A DNA stretch of 64,000 bases from Octopus sinensis. Taxonomy: Eukaryota. The notes beneath the pieces were generated by a model. It did no database searches. It had not been told where the DNA came from and saw only the letters and a list, made by a program, of their open reading frames with translations. Made by a program: the position numbers and the translations under genes. Below are positions 26,671-41,481 of the stretch, one piece after another. Numbering within the stretch: the first letter of the stretch is position 1; each line of letters opens with the position of its first letter. The stretch lies in the NCBI RefSeq assembly GCF_006345805.1, contig NC_042999.1, positions 66,154,001 through 66,218,000 on the forward strand, given 5' to 3'.

Positions 26671-26788
26671 TTTTTCAAAGGAGAGGTGGGAAATAGGGAG
26701 AGCAAATATCCAACAAAAAGACTACAACTGCAAACTATTTATATTAGTTATTGCTAAAAAGCCATGGAAAATATACGATTATACATAT

Positions 26789-26998
26789 GTATTTCTTTAC
26801 TACCCACAAGGGGCTATACAAAGACAGACAAACGGATTAAGTCGATTACATCGACCCCAGTGCGTAATTGTTACTTAATTTATTGACCCCGAAAGGATAA
26901 AAGGCAAAGTCGACGTCAGCGGGATTTGAACCCAGAACGTAACGGCGGACGAAATACGGCTACGCATTTCGCCCGGTGTGCTAACGATTCTGCCAGCT
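26789..26998 (-). mobile_element. SINE family B with 13-bp TSD
   Basis: Matches the 45592 copy; TSD CGATTATACATAT at 26776 and 26999. Confidence 0.9.
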
Positions 26999-27534
26999 CG
27001 ATTATACATATATGTGTACGTTTGTATGTGTCTTTGCAAATATTCTTCTGTTATTTAACTTGTTTTTATTCGCTGAGTACGGCCAGACATTGAGCCAGTA
27101 TAATAGCACTGATCGATTAAATTATTAAATTTTTTAAATGCATATTTTGACACTGGTACTTATTCAATCATTTTCTTCTTTATTTTTTGTTAGTATTTTT
27201 TTTTTAGTGGGAAGTGTGGTGAAACTCTTAATGAGAGAGATATAGAACAGACTAATATACATGGTCAGCTAGTAGAAGATAAATAACAGTTGAAAAACAC
27301 ATGAAAGCACTCATTCCCACACATACATACACATTGAGATTCTACGCAGTTTCCATTTGACGATTTCATTAACCCGAAGAAAGAATGTGCAGTGCAATTA
27401 ACTTGCTTTAATGAAATCAATACTAATAGTTATATTTTGTAAAACAGGCAGGTTTACAAGAAAGCAGAATATACTTAAGTAGATTTATAACATTAATATC
27501 GTAGTACAAGTTGCTGTATATATATATATATTAT

Positions 27535-27596
<62 letters not shown>

Positions 27597-27696
27597 TATA
27601 CATATACGTATGTATGTATACACGTATTTGTGCATGTGTGCATGTGTGTTTGCCTGCATGTGTGCGTGTGTGTGTGTATATATGTATAGATATATG

Positions 27697-27761
<65 letters not shown>

Positions 27762-27950
27762 TTTTCACTTGTTAACAATTAACACGGAAAAAATAGATAA
27801 ATAGTTACCAGGGTGGCAAAAATCACAAAAATAAAAAGGTTATAACTCCTTGTTTTTAAATGTAGAAACTTCGAGTTTACGTGAAATGTTTTGTATAATA
27901 TATATAAATAAATAAATGGAATTTAACTCAGGTGTAATTCAAATTCTTTT

Positions 27951-28039
27951 ACTTCCTACATATGTTTCAAAGATATCACTGATATTATTCCAAAGGAATA
28001 AAATGGTGTAAAACAATGTAATCTTCTCTTCAGGGAAGT
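27951..28039 (-). ncRNA. Type I hammerhead ribozyme in a Penelope-like element 3' UTR/pLTR
   Basis: Minus strand reads ACTTCC-CTGAAGA-GAAGAT...ATCTTT-GAAA-CATATG-TA-GGAAGT. Perfect 6-bp stem I, intact core, long stem II, palindromic stem III and a GUA site, ~230 nt after the endonuclease-domain stop. Confidence 0.8.
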
Positions 28040-28267
28040 GAAGAAATGAAACTCGTCAATAAGACATTTTAACAGAAAATTATGGATATGTATAATGATT
28101 AACTGAACGCAATTAATACTGTTTGAAAACAACGTTATATGATATAACGCCAGAGGTAGCCAATAGAAAGAGGAGGGATAAAACCTTATATACTAGGAAA
28201 ATACATTTTTAGTGAATGTGAAATATAAAAAGAAAATTAATGTTTAAATTATATACAATGATAAAGG

Positions 28268-28445
28268 TCACTTATATGAACTAAAGGTGTGTTTTTGCCA
28301 ATGTTTACATCGGTAACCGTGTTTACTAGGAGACGTTTAGAAAAAAATAATGGGGAATAGTTCAGAATTACAGAGAAGACAGATTTCCTTGCCTTTGTTA
28401 TAATGTATCGAGATTGAGAGAATCAACCAATCTAAATTAAAAGCT
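28268..28445 (-). pseudogene. Penelope-like element GIY-YIG endonuclease C-terminal remnant
   Basis: FNLDWLILSISIHYNKGKEICLLCNSELFPIIF then GYRCKHWQKHTF*. Resembles the W.IL...Y....C.LC..E / C(R/K)H..K pattern of PLE C-termini. Confidence 0.7.
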
Positions 28446-29048
28446 GGTCTCACCAAGAGAGAAATTAATGTTGTGTTGGCAGCCAGAAAATCTATTATAA
28501 AATTTGACGATAAGTTGTGAGTCCGTAAAGATACACCAGATGGTTTTGATGTTACAATAGAAAGTTCTGATTCAGCACAAGTAGATGATTTAGTCTGTAT
28601 ATATATATATATTCTTTTTGAAATATCAGAACTGTTCCCTAACATTAAAGGAGGTCTATATCGTGATGATTGTTTACTTTACCTTCAAAATGTTTCCAAC
28701 CAAAAGGTACAAAAAGTTAAGAATAGTTTAGGTAAATTTCTCCGTAGAACGGGCTTAAATATCGATTTTCATGATGATATGACGAAGGCCAACTTTTTAG
28801 ACATTACGCTTAACTTACACAGTAACTCTTACTTCCCATATCATAAACCATTGACCAAACTTAGTAATAATGCTAGGGCAATTACTAGGAATTTAGTTAA
28901 GTATACTTCATTTAGATTGCCTACGTTATCTGCTAATGTTCACATTTTCAATGATAACGCCGAATTTTATAACTCTGCCTTACTTAAAGCGTTTCAAAAG
29001 AAATTCATGGAAAGATACGTCACTTCCCATATCAGAACGTCGAACTAA
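28446..29048 (+). pseudogene. Penelope-like reverse transcriptase remnant (inverted relative to the endonuclease)
   Basis: EINVVLAARKSII, FDVTIESSDSAQVDDLV (cf. FDVTMGS.DGAE.CELVG), GGLYRDD at 28650-28670 and NFLDITLNL...YFPYHKP. Confidence 0.88.
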
Positions 29049-31430
29049 TGAGAGTTGTTAGAAACAAATTATTGAAAGGATTGCAAACCATTAACCCCCT
29101 TCGACAAGTTTTAAGAAAGAGAAAATGAAATTTTTCGATCATACAACTATGTCATGACAAAATGTTTTTCGTGAATGTTGACATGCATGAAGCAAAAGTC
29201 TCGTTAAAAGGAGGAAACGGAAAAATAAAGACCACAAAATGGGAGACTGAGCAAAGTCGAAAAATAGAAATGGAGAAAGATTCTGGAAGATAGGAGGTAG
29301 GGCGATGCCTTATTAAGATTACAGCCTCTGTACTATTTGATTTTGAAGAATTTTAAATAAAACTACAGGAAAGAAGAATCTCCCATTAATTGTTCTGAAA
29401 AATATATGTTCGCTTGATTAACTATAACAGTAATATTTATAAAAAATTGTAACAAAAAGTTGGAGAAATCTAGTGAAGGTCTCGAAAGCAATAGCAATAA
29501 AATTTAAAATTTTAGATTTTAGTCTGCGCCATGCATCATCTACTGATATCTATATTTTATCCTCTACCACCAATTGTTACTAGAATTATAGCAGTTATAA
29601 AGGCAGAGTGGTTAGCACGCTGGGCACAATGCTTAGCGGCATTTCGTCCGTGTTTATGTTCTGAGTTTAAATTCCATTTTAGAAGGAAGGATTATTATAA
29701 TCTCGATAAGTAAGTTATGTGCTGTATAAAGAAACGAATAATAATGTTTCGATCAAGGCTCTCTTTCTCGAAAAGATCGGAATTCAATTCTGTTTACAAC
29801 CCGTAATTTTATTTTGTTATTTATGAAACATGATGTTGACTTCTTTAATAATTTCTCCAAATACACAAAAGTATAAAAACTCAACACAAAATGTCTTCGA
29901 AAAGAATAAATTGTTTTGAAGACCTTTACGGTGTTTTGTTTCCACAAAATTTCAGAATGCTTCTATTGTCATTCAACAGCAGTATCCTTCAGTTTCTCTT
30001 CTTTCATTGTATCCAGTAATATGATCATAAAATTCCAAGAGATCACGTTTGCATTGAGAAGGGATATTAAGACAGCAGCTGAATTAGTGAAGAATCATAA
30101 TTGGACAATGATTGTTTTCTTTGTAACTCATGCCTTTTGAGTAAATAACAACGGTTAGTGTAATTTGACCATCATTTGTTGCTGAATATTCGTAAGGAAA
30201 CAAACAAATAAAACTTAAGAGAGATCTATGAGTTTATTTTACAAGTAAGCTACATATATTGAGTATTTGCATGCTGACCTTTAGAAGACATGTCACTCTT
30301 CATCTCTATACACATTATTCCACGTTTCTGTTCTGAATAACAATAAGATTTCCCTATTCACCATTCACCAGCTTTTTATGTTAATATCTTACCATTTTTA
30401 CAGAGTGTGGGTTAAAGACAGCAGCAATCTGTAGAATATAATATAAAGTCACCACTTTTGATTCACAGATTATTTATACATAAGTATGAATTTCTTTAGC
30501 CTGAAATTTAAGCACGTTACCGCTATATCTTTTGATATATCACCAAGTTATTTTAATAATCTAGCAAAGAACGTGACCGCCTAAGGAAAATAGATAAGTT
30601 TATTTCTCAGAGGTGCTTAGGTACACAGGTTTTAGCCATATTACTTTAACTACATCGCTAATGATATTCACAATGACACGTTCTTTGGCTTCGAAATAAA
30701 AGGCGTTATGCCCACACCAAGAGGAAAATTAATATTCTATATTTTTGAAGTTTAATGCATATTGCAACGAGCTTTGCAGCCACATATGAGTACTGACTGC
30801 ATTATTGTAACTCACAAATTCAAAGCTGCATATATTTTATAGATCACACAAAAAAGGTTTATAACCACTGCCGAACTATGAACTAACATTTGAAAGAAAT
30901 ATTTTCTATAAAGGCAAGTAGAGAAAAATAGTCACGCTCTGTGTTTTGTTATGATAATTTCTCCGCAATGGAATCACATCTACGCTAAAAAAAATATAGT
31001 GATTATGTCTTTGCTTAATACATATTTGACTAAATTGGAGCTAAAATATCGAACGTTTCTTAACAACAAGTTCATTGAGCTCCTGTTTACCTTAATAACT
31101 ATGGTGATGTATTAACAGGTAAGATTAACAAGAACTGCTTTTCCATGCGCTTATAGAAGGATGAGAGCATGCTGAGACTGCCTCAGAGCCAACTGATATC
31201 TTAAATCCAAGAAGTGTATCGTATCTGATAATCAAATAATAGTCACATGATGCACTTAATTCAAGTCTTAATTTGCATGTGTTAGATTAAACGCTGGCTT
31301 GGTGCAGCTGGATGTCTCACTCATGTTGGTCAAGGGTGGATTTTGAGGATCAGTGTGCTTCTTTGGAATGTTGTTTCAAATAAGGAAAACTATTACGGAG
31401 TCATTTCCAACAACACACAGGACAACCCTG

Positions 31431-31840
31431 TTTTACTCTTTTACTTGTTTCAGTCATTTGACTGTGGCCATGCTGGAGCACCACCTTTAGTCGAGCAAAT
31501 CGACCCCATGACTTATTCCTTGTAAGCCTAGTACTTATTATATCGGTCTCTTTTGCCGAACCGCTAAGTAACGGGGACGTAAACACACCAGCATCGGTTG
31601 TCAAACAATTCTAGAGAGACAAACACAGACATGCAAACATACACACATACATATATATATACATATATACACATATACGATGAGCTTCTTTCAGTTTCCG
31701 TCTACCAAATCTACTCACAAGGCTTTGGTCGGCCCGAGGCTATAGTAGAAGACATTTGCCCAAGGTGCAACGCAGTGGAACTGAACCTGGAACCATGTGG
31801 TTCGTAAACAAGTTACTTACCACACAGCCACTCCTACGCG
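31431..31840 (-). mobile_element. Full-length SINE family A
   Basis: Collinear with the 16600 and 37051 copies. Confidence 0.9.
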
Positions 31841-33081
31841 GTATGAGGATTAATAACTGTGTTTCAAATCTAGAAGCTTTTCTTCTAAAATAGATTTCCA
31901 AATTTAAACAATCTTTCTCAACAACGTCTCTCCGTAAAAGATGCTGACGTGTGTAAAAGTTCATAGCAAGTGGTTATGAAATAAACGTTCAGATGATTTT
32001 TATAAGCGGTAGAGAAATGCGCATCAAGCGAAATTCGTTGGTTCATAGCGCGGGACCAAATAGATCAAGATGGAGGTACTCAAATGCAGTTATATGCTCT
32101 TGTTTTCCTTGTTTATCAGAACTACGTCGTCCATCATGAGTTAGTGCCGCATGGCCAAAAGCCAGTAAAGAGATCTACATGGATTTATTGAATAACTGGA
32201 GGGAGGTTATTGACAACTAAATGTCTCTGAGGCATGAACAAGCAAAATATGGGTGCTACACCACCACAATGTTTTTGTTCATTCGTTACTTATTATTTTA
32301 GCCAGTTTGGTCCAGCAGCAAAGCTCTCTTTCCCCGCAATCGTTCTACACTCTGGATTTGATATCTGCGGTTTCTTCTACATCTGTGTGTTTATCTCTGT
32401 GTTTGTACGGCGTGTATGTGGTGTGCGTGTGTGCATGTGTACTTGTGCGTGTGTGCATGTGTGTGGTGTGTGTGTGTGTGTGTGTGTAAGTGTGTTTGTA
32501 TGTGTATGTACGTGCGTGTGTGTGTGTGCGCGCGTGTGTGTGTATGTGTATGTGTATTTGCGTGTTTGTGTTTGTTTGTGATACTACAGTTGAAATCTAC
32601 CGGGAAATTGTGCCGAACAACATGAAAATTTGATTCTTTCAAACTAGGAAGAGACAATGTTCGTCCGCAAGAAGAACTGCACATTATCGCTGAATATTCA
32701 AATCAGATCAGCCTCTGAAAGAAGAAAAGATATTGTGAGTGGTGTGTAAGCACAGTGGAAGTCTTTATGAATGAGATACCTCTGATTTAATTCCGTGCAA
32801 AGCAATATTTTTTAAGGATCAGTTTCCCTGTGCACAGATATAATATATAAATTGTATCGTTACTGTAATAACTTCTGCTCCTTGGAACGTGCAAGCTATA
32901 TACAACCCTATCAGATTTCCTTTTCATCTGTACCTAAACCCTTCTTTAGCACCCATTACAAAGACTGTACTAAACACATTCTGCCCAACTAAATTGTCCT
33001 TACGCTATAAAATTCATCCATCTACGCTTTATTATTTTTCCCGCTTTGAACAGAATAATCGTAAAAACCCAATCAGCCTCA

Positions 33082-33150
<69 letters not shown>

Positions 33151-33670
33151 GGCCTAAAAATAAAGCGTAAATACTACTTCCATCATTCATGTAAATACAA
33201 TTATTTCCTTCTGAACCAATAAGAGAACTGCAAAAAATATAGTTGGAAAACATGTTTCTCTGATGCATTACGGCACCAATTGAAATCGGATGGTGTAGTT
33301 TCAATCATAACAATACAATAGCAGAAATCAAAATTCATACAGGAAGAGGCAGCTTCAGTTAATGATATATTTCCAAGTTTTTTTAATACCATTATTAGTA
33401 ATGTTTATATTAATTTTTCTGAATATTTCCACAGCGGCATTTGATCTGAAAGCGCATCCTGAATAATGATCAAACGATTTTGATACATGAAGCATCACGA
33501 TCTGGAAATAACTACGTCTTTCATCATTGTAATATATACATACATACATATGCATACATGTACACACACACACATACACACACAGAGAGAAATACAGACA
33601 TATATACATATATATATATGCATATATAAGTGCATATGTGTACACACACTCAAACATATATATATATGTA

Positions 33671-33713
<43 letters not shown>

Positions 33714-33722
33714 TTATATATA

Positions 33723-33767
<45 letters not shown>

Positions 33768-36117
33768 TATATATATCATATTCATTCTGTCACGTCCTTT
33801 GAGAAGACTGTTCCCTTAACAATATATTCGCATCACAGATGTACCCGTTCTCTTTTTATAATATCAATGTTAAAATGCTGACTTCATTTGCTTTTCTAGG
33901 AAAAAAAAAGTATATCTTTTATATTCGGCCACTTTACACTTTTATCTTTCTAATACACGAACGCTTCTCATCGAACACGAAACAACTATCTAGCAGAAAG
34001 CTTTTGTGAAAGGCATTAATTCAAAAGGGACTTTTATAACAATAACACAGAAGCACCACAAGTTATTCGTAATTGCTTCAGAACCATGTCATAAATACTG
34101 ACTTTCTATTAATCTGTAGATAGAACGTTAAACGTAACCTCACCGCCTTTTCTCAATGTTATTAATTGCGTATACGAAGGAAGTTCGCTTACTTTGGAAA
34201 TGAATTCATATTGTTTTCGCCAATGGGTACAGACTAGTTTTTGCTTTTTAAAATTTTTTTTTTTTTCACAGATTGTATACTTATATATATTCTGTTTGAA
34301 TGAATTATGGAATCGTAAAATCTGTTGTATTTTCTACAAGCAAAGTTAACCTAAATGATAAAAAAGTATATTCCACAGAAAATGAGGAGGAGAATAAGGT
34401 ATTAACCATTTTTAAAACAAGATTGTTTTTTTTTATATTAAATTCCAAAAGGATTTTCATGTAGTGAAAAATAGTTCAAAGCTCATAGTTTTAGGTCTAC
34501 GTTGTAGCTCCTCGCATATATTATAAATCCGTAGATTTAAGCTTTTGAGATTTGCTGTTGTATTGGTATGGTACTTAATAATTATCATTTTGCCTGTCAA
34601 CGTGACATCTGAGCACATTGTGATATGTAAACATCAAATAATATTATCGGTTTTGGGGTGGGAAGTGGTGGGGGGAATATCATTATTCATTCATAAATAG
34701 AAATTAAACCAGCTAGATTGATCTTCATCGAAACCTACATAAATGTCTCGTGAACCTTCACTGCGAAAGTAAATACGTGCGGATACGATCCCATACGTTT
34801 ATATATCTGTAATCCACTTTGTATTTTCACTCAAGTAATTAATTTTGATAATGTTAAAATAGAAGAACAAAATCAATTTCTGAATTCTATTTTTCTATTT
34901 TAACATGAGTGGATGCCGCATGTTACTGCAGGTGCAATTGTTGTAGAAGCTTTGCTGTCTTTTATATATATTTTCTTTCTATATATTTTTTCTTATATAT
35001 ATTTTTTTTTTATTAACATTGTATATGTTATTGCTGTTCACCTCAAATTCGTCCCACTTCAGCAGAACCGTGATCGCAAGTTATCTAGCTATAACGAGGA
35101 AAGGAATATACAACTTGGGGCAATGTAAACGGAGGGTCCACCTAAATAGGGCCACTGAAAATGCATATGAATGAGGGCCTTGCAAATCATACACAACACG
35201 TTTAAACAAATAGATGAGATCAGATATATGAACTTTTGTCTTCTGACTGAGGAGGAAATAAAAGTACATAAACATATCTATTCACACCACCGCATGCTAT
35301 GATTTTATGGTTCTGGTAAAGCTTCTATGGGGTTATTCTACATGGTAGAGATAGCAGACATACATCTCATTTTAATCAAACACTTCTCTCTTAGAAGAGA
35401 ACGCATTGAATAATGTAGTCGTGAGTTTGGCTGGTTTGAGGAAGAGTATGGATAACTGTAGTTGAAATACGTTGATCAAAATAAGCAGAATATGTAGGGT
35501 AGTTTACACTTATTTCTGCGAAAGCATACGTCAACATATTCAAGACAAAAGCAAATATATGTTGAACAGTATACACATATACAGTATGGTCGCGGCTGGA
35601 CCTCGTCAGTTAGAGATCTCTTTGATAAAGCTTAAACGTAGATTAAACAACAGTAATAATCGTCAGTTAGATGGCTTCAATCAATGAAAGTGAAGTCTCT
35701 TGACCAGGATACACAGCGATAACTTTAATATGATAAAGCCATTGACTTCACATGTTGTCTTATTTTGTATTGATTCTACCAACAGCTGCGGTTCTAATAT
35801 TAAAAAAAGCCCCAAAACCACAGCATATTGTTTCAAAGAGTTATTTATCTCAGTCTGATCGATTTCTCGAAAATTACTTTCGAGTAAATACTTTTGTTCT
35901 GACATACAGGTATGGCTCTATGGTTAAGACGTTCAGATCGTAACCATATGTTCTACGAGTTAGTCCGACTTACTGGCAAACAGAGAAACGATTTTCTACT
36001 AGAGCCTCGGGCCGACTCTTGTCTTGACAGTGATTTGTTGAGAGGAAGATGTGGAATATGTATGTTTGTACGTATGTATGTAATGTATCTATCTATCTAC
36101 TTTATCTATTGATATGC

Positions 36118-36166
<49 letters not shown>

Positions 36167-36191
36167 TATGTATATATATGTATATATATAA

Positions 36192-36253
<62 letters not shown>

Positions 36254-37017
36254 CAAAGACACGGATACATACGAATACACAAAACCACACGTGTGTGTGT
36301 GTGTATTTGTATGTATGCGTGTTTTTATACCGGAAAACTTTTAAAAACAAAAAAACAGTATGGCTGTGTTTATTCCACGTCACGAAGCGCTGCGAGCAGA
36401 TTTAATTAAGTCGGCAATAAACTTAAAATAACTACTGAGATTGAAATAAGAGGCTAAGCAACCACAGCAAAAAAAAAATCTTCTACGTAGTACTCCAGCA
36501 TGACCACATTTGAATGGCTGAAACAAGTAAGAAAGCAATAGCTGTTTATCCAGTATCACCGGATACCGGCAATATACCAACAATATGATAATACCGGGTG
36601 AAGACACATAGCCTAAGTTTCAGGGTGTTACATGCAACTTCGTGGTTTCGATCCCAGATCAGGTGATGTACTGTGCTCATGAGAAAACTGTGCCCTTTTA
36701 GTCTGAGCAAATCCTCTCAGCACGTGAACAGGTTAATCATTATTGCAATGCGACAGATGTAAATTATAAGGGCAGTGAATTAAATGGCTATGAGTTATTG
36801 TCAATTTATATAATTTAAAATGATCTTCACAGCTGTGCATACATGTTGATCTAATACATTTAACCAATAAACATCTGACATCCGAACAGCAGGGAAATTG
36901 TTGATATTATATCAGTTTAAGTAATCTTGAAATACAATGAATTATATACAAGGAGTATTTAAATCATGACGAAACTTCTACAGGGAGAATTAAATCCACA
37001 TACATAAACGCACCCAT

Positions 37018-37050
<33 letters not shown>

Positions 37051-37456
37051 GGCGCAGGAGTGGCTGTGTGGTAAGTAGCTTGCTAACCAACCACATGGTT
37101 CCGGGTTCAGTCCCACTGCGTGGCATCTCGGGCAAGTGTCTTCTGCTATAGCCCCGGGCCGACCAATACCTTGTGAGTGGATTTGGTAGACGGAAACTGA
37201 ATGAAGCCCGTCGTATATATGTATATATGTGTGTGCGTGTATGTTTGTGTATCTGTGTTTGTCCCCCTAGCATTGCTTGACAACCGATGCTGGTGTGTTT
37301 ACGTCCCCGTTACTTAGCAGTTCGGCAAAAGAGACCGATAGAATATGTACTGGGCTTACAAAAGAATAAGTCCCGGGGTCGATTTGCTCGATTAAAGGCG
37401 GTGCTCCAGCATGGCCGCAGTCAAATGACTGAAACAAGTAAAAGAGTAAAAGAGTA
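37051..37456 (+). mobile_element. Full-length tRNA-derived SINE family A
   Basis: Head GGCGCAGGAGTGGCTGTGTGG (A-box-like) and GGTTCAGTCCC (B-box-like), an internal microsatellite and a (GTAAAAGA)n tail; inserted in (TA)n. Confidence 0.92.
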
Positions 37457-37458
37457 TG

Positions 37459-37489
<31 letters not shown>

Positions 37490-37653
37490 ATATATATATA
37501 ATTTTCGGTATGTGGTCATGCAACTTGTTGCAAACCCTTATTGTTATAATTATATAAGTTTTTACCGAATATGGTCCTTTTCCATACCGAAATACTACTA
37601 GGTGAATTTGTTGATTTTATTGAATTAATTATCTTTCACTCTATATCTGTAAA

Positions 37654-37689
<36 letters not shown>

Positions 37690-37936
37690 ATTATTTCAGG
37701 GAATATTAATCCTAACTTACAGGGCAAAAATTCAATTTAGAAATACTGAATCAAATTTCACACAATATAATGTATATATATAACAAATTAGAAAGAAACA
37801 CCTTTGATCAATTCCAAATGAACAATTAAATTACACCATCTAAAAATTACATATGATAGAAATATTAAAATTAAAATAAATATCAAATACCATTGATTAA
37901 TTAGATTGCAAAAAAATAATAAAAACGTAAATAATT

Positions 37937-37994
<58 letters not shown>

Positions 37995-38007
37995 TATAGG
38001 TGTATAC

Positions 38008-38040
<33 letters not shown>

Positions 38041-38339
38041 ACATAATTGTTTATATATATATATATGCATATATATATATATATCATATATGTATATATA
38101 TATATATATATGTGTGTGTGTATACATACATGTAATATATATATGTATATATATATATATATGATATGTATATATATATAAATCTAACTATATATATATG
38201 CATATGTATATATATATATTAATAAATATGTATGTATACACATACACCTATATATATGTATGTGTATATATACATATATATATATATCTTTATATTTATA
38301 TAATTATATATATATATAAATATATATATGTAGATAGTC

Positions 38340-38386
<47 letters not shown>

Positions 38387-39162
38387 GAGATAGAGAGATA
38401 GATAGATATATCGATAGATAGATATGCATACATACTCTCACAGTATATAAACATACACACGGACACAGCCGCACACAAATACGCACGAAAACACACAACA
38501 TACACACACCTATACGTATGTATATGTGTATGTGTGTTGCTTTACTATGTGAGGCTTTACTATATTCTGTTCAGAAGCCATTTTTTAGTGTTCAGCTCTT
38601 ATTGTTAGAAACATTAATGCAGAAATCCCATTTTGAAACTCGCTACAATTATTATTGAAATCTAATAAATGCAAAATATGCATCATGGCAAATATAATTC
38701 CTATTAGTTTACTCTTCGCTGTTACCGTTAACACATCCGTATAAGCCATTTCATATTATGAGTTAAAATAAAGTAGAGTTGCGTGCGCCGTAGACCAAAG
38801 CGTAACCTCCCAGTGAGAGCAATCCACAAACCAGTTTTGATTCATGTTTGAAGCCATTGCACATACTATTACGATACTATCCCGTTCGATATTTATGTAA
38901 GATTACGTAATAATATATAATGGAATAAAATAATGCATTTAATCAAATATACTTGTTATGCCACACTTGTGTTTATTTATGTGAAATCATTTGATCTATG
39001 CACAGGAAAATATCAAATTGCGTTCCGACCATCTAATCAATTTCATGTTCTAACTCCAACTGATTTTCTGGCTTTCGTTCTCTCTATATTTACTCTTTCT
39101 TGCCCCCACTCTTTCTCTCCCCTCTCTCTCTCCAAACATTTATTTAAATACATATATATATG

Positions 39163-39208
<46 letters not shown>

Positions 39209-39234
39209 TATATAATATATGTGCATTATATATA

Positions 39235-39309
<75 letters not shown>

Positions 39310-39979
39310 GTGCATTTATTTATCTCTGTATATCTATTAATCACTATCTATCCCACCTTCATTTTACTATTTTATTACTAATAACATTTGGCGAGAGATA
39401 TCCAGCGTTTTATTCCATGGCACAACATACACCAAGCGATGAACGACTTTTACATGGCTATTCTAACTTGAAGAAATAGCAGCAATATCTTTTTCAATTA
39501 CATCTTACTTTTCTTAATGCAGGTAAGAATGATAATGTAACATACACGTCCATTCATGGAGTCCTTCCTTACATGAAAGGTTTTTTTCTATCATAAATCT
39601 GCATCTAGAGAACGAAAAACTGGAACGAAACTACAACACAGAACTCATCAGTCTTCTTACCTAAAATGTTTTCAGGGCATAAATTTTGAGATCCAGATTT
39701 GCCAAGGTGCGCGAGCATAGACATTAACAACTCTGTAAACGTCATGATCATATTCATATTCAAGAGTTGAAACCGGTATTTTAGACCAATAATACAATCT
39801 TATAAATTTGCTATGCTTATGACGTCTGCGGATATGTAATGCGCGGAGTCTTTTCTTAGTATGGTTCTCACTAAACCCGAAGTGTTAGGCTGTTTTCAAC
39901 ACCAAAGACAACGGAGAACACCCTAAAAGAAACCATGCTGTGTAGTGACACTCATCGAAGCAACTTTCGTGTTCATATA

Positions 39980-40546
39980 CGAGAATGAGTCAAAAAGTAA
40001 TGCCATTTTTGTTTAGGACAGGTATAATTACCAGCAGAGGAACATGTATTATACATCAAAATAATGCTGGTCCTCTCTGAATCACATCCCTACTTCTCAA
40101 CATAGTCACCGTTTCTTTCAATAACAAAATCCCACCGTCGAATGAAAGCCTGTATTCCTGCCCCGTAAAATTCTGTTGACTGTTCTTTGCGCCACTTATT
40201 CACTACAGTTTTCACTTCCTTGTCACTGGAATAATTTAGCGCCTTCAGACTATCATCTCGTTGGTCCCATGAAAGATGGTTTGGGAGGCAAACATTATTG
40301 CAGTGACGAGGAAGTGAAAACTGTAGTGAAGAAGTGGCTCAAAGAAGAGTCAACAGAATTTCGGGGAAGGGATACATGCTCTCATTAGAAGGTGGAACAT
40401 TGCTATTAAGAGAAACTGTGACCATGTTGAGAAGTAGGGACGTCATACACAGAGGACCACCTTCATTTTTATGTATGATACATGTTCCTGTGTTAGTAAT
40501 TATACCAGTCCTAAACAAAATGTCACTACTTTTTGACTCAGCCTCG
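39980..40546. mobile_element. Mariner-derived palindromic MITE built from two 3' ends
   Basis: TA|CGAGAATGAGTCAAAAAGTA ... TACTTTTTGACTCAGCCTCG|TA. The ~250-bp arms include the transposase C-terminus (LAPSDYHL.GPMK..L.GKHY.SDEEVKT). Confidence 0.88.
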
Positions 40547-40742
40547 TACACTAGCAAATTCGGCATACCACTTGCTGAGAAGCGGTTAAATAACTCTAAA
40601 GACACTCCCGATTTCCAGCTGTCAGCAGCAGGATTTAGTTACACAAGGGAACCGTAATGCGACCAACTGACTTACAAAAAGTAGCCGCCAAACCTCACCC
40701 AAATCACTCAGGTATATATTTAATATAATGACACATGATATG

Positions 40743-41080
40743 AAGGCGCGTGGCGTAGTGTTTAAGATATTCGTCCCGCTATCGTAAGGTCGTGTGATTG
40801 ATTGACGGCAGCGCGCTGTGTCGCTGAGCAATACATCTTGTTTCTTGTTGCTTCAGTCCACTCAACTAGCAAAAAAAAAAGTAATACTTGTATTTCAAAG
40901 GAGCAACCATGTCGCATCCTTTGTCACGCTGAATCGCCTTGAGAAAGGAGAAAACCGTACCCGCATCTGTAGAGTGCTCAACCACTTTCACGTTCGCCTA
41001 TTGATCAGGCTGTTCCGTTGATGGGAACAGCCGATATCCTGGTCGCCATAACCGTCGGTGTGACAAATCATAGGTATACC
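40743..41080 (+). mobile_element. Degenerate SINE related to family C
   Basis: GAAGGCGCGTGGCGTAGTGTTTAAG head and TTGCTTCAGTCCACTCAACTAGCAAAA core, matching the 22635 copy. Confidence 0.6.
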
Positions 41081-41481
41081 ACATCTGACAAAACACAGGA
41101 GCACCATGCCTTGAATACCTTTAACTTACATGACAGATCGGTTACGGTTGATTTGAAATTAACAAACTCGAATTTCCAGTCAAGTGAGCAATAAATATTC
41201 AGATCCGTGGACACAAAACACTGTCACTTACGGGAAATAAGTATCGTTGGTCACAGACAGTCACCTGACACTTGATTGATTTCTCTTTCAATATATTTTT
41301 GACTCGTCAGGCAAAAATACCAATATCTTAATTAGTCAACTGTAACTACTTGTCTCATTGGTTAAAAGAAATATATTTGAGATATTTTGAAGAAATATCA
41401 AATACAGAATCCTAGGTATCTGTGTGTGTGTGTGTGTGTCTGTGTGTATGAAATGTGTGTAAGAATGTATGTACGTATGTG

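Noticed and set aside
32000-32800. Host promoter or exon
   Set aside because: Slightly CpG-richer with AG/GT candidates, but the frame checked closes quickly and no product is recognisable.
37051-37125. tRNA gene
   Set aside because: It is the tRNA-like head of a multi-copy SINE and continues into the SINE body; no clean cloverleaf.
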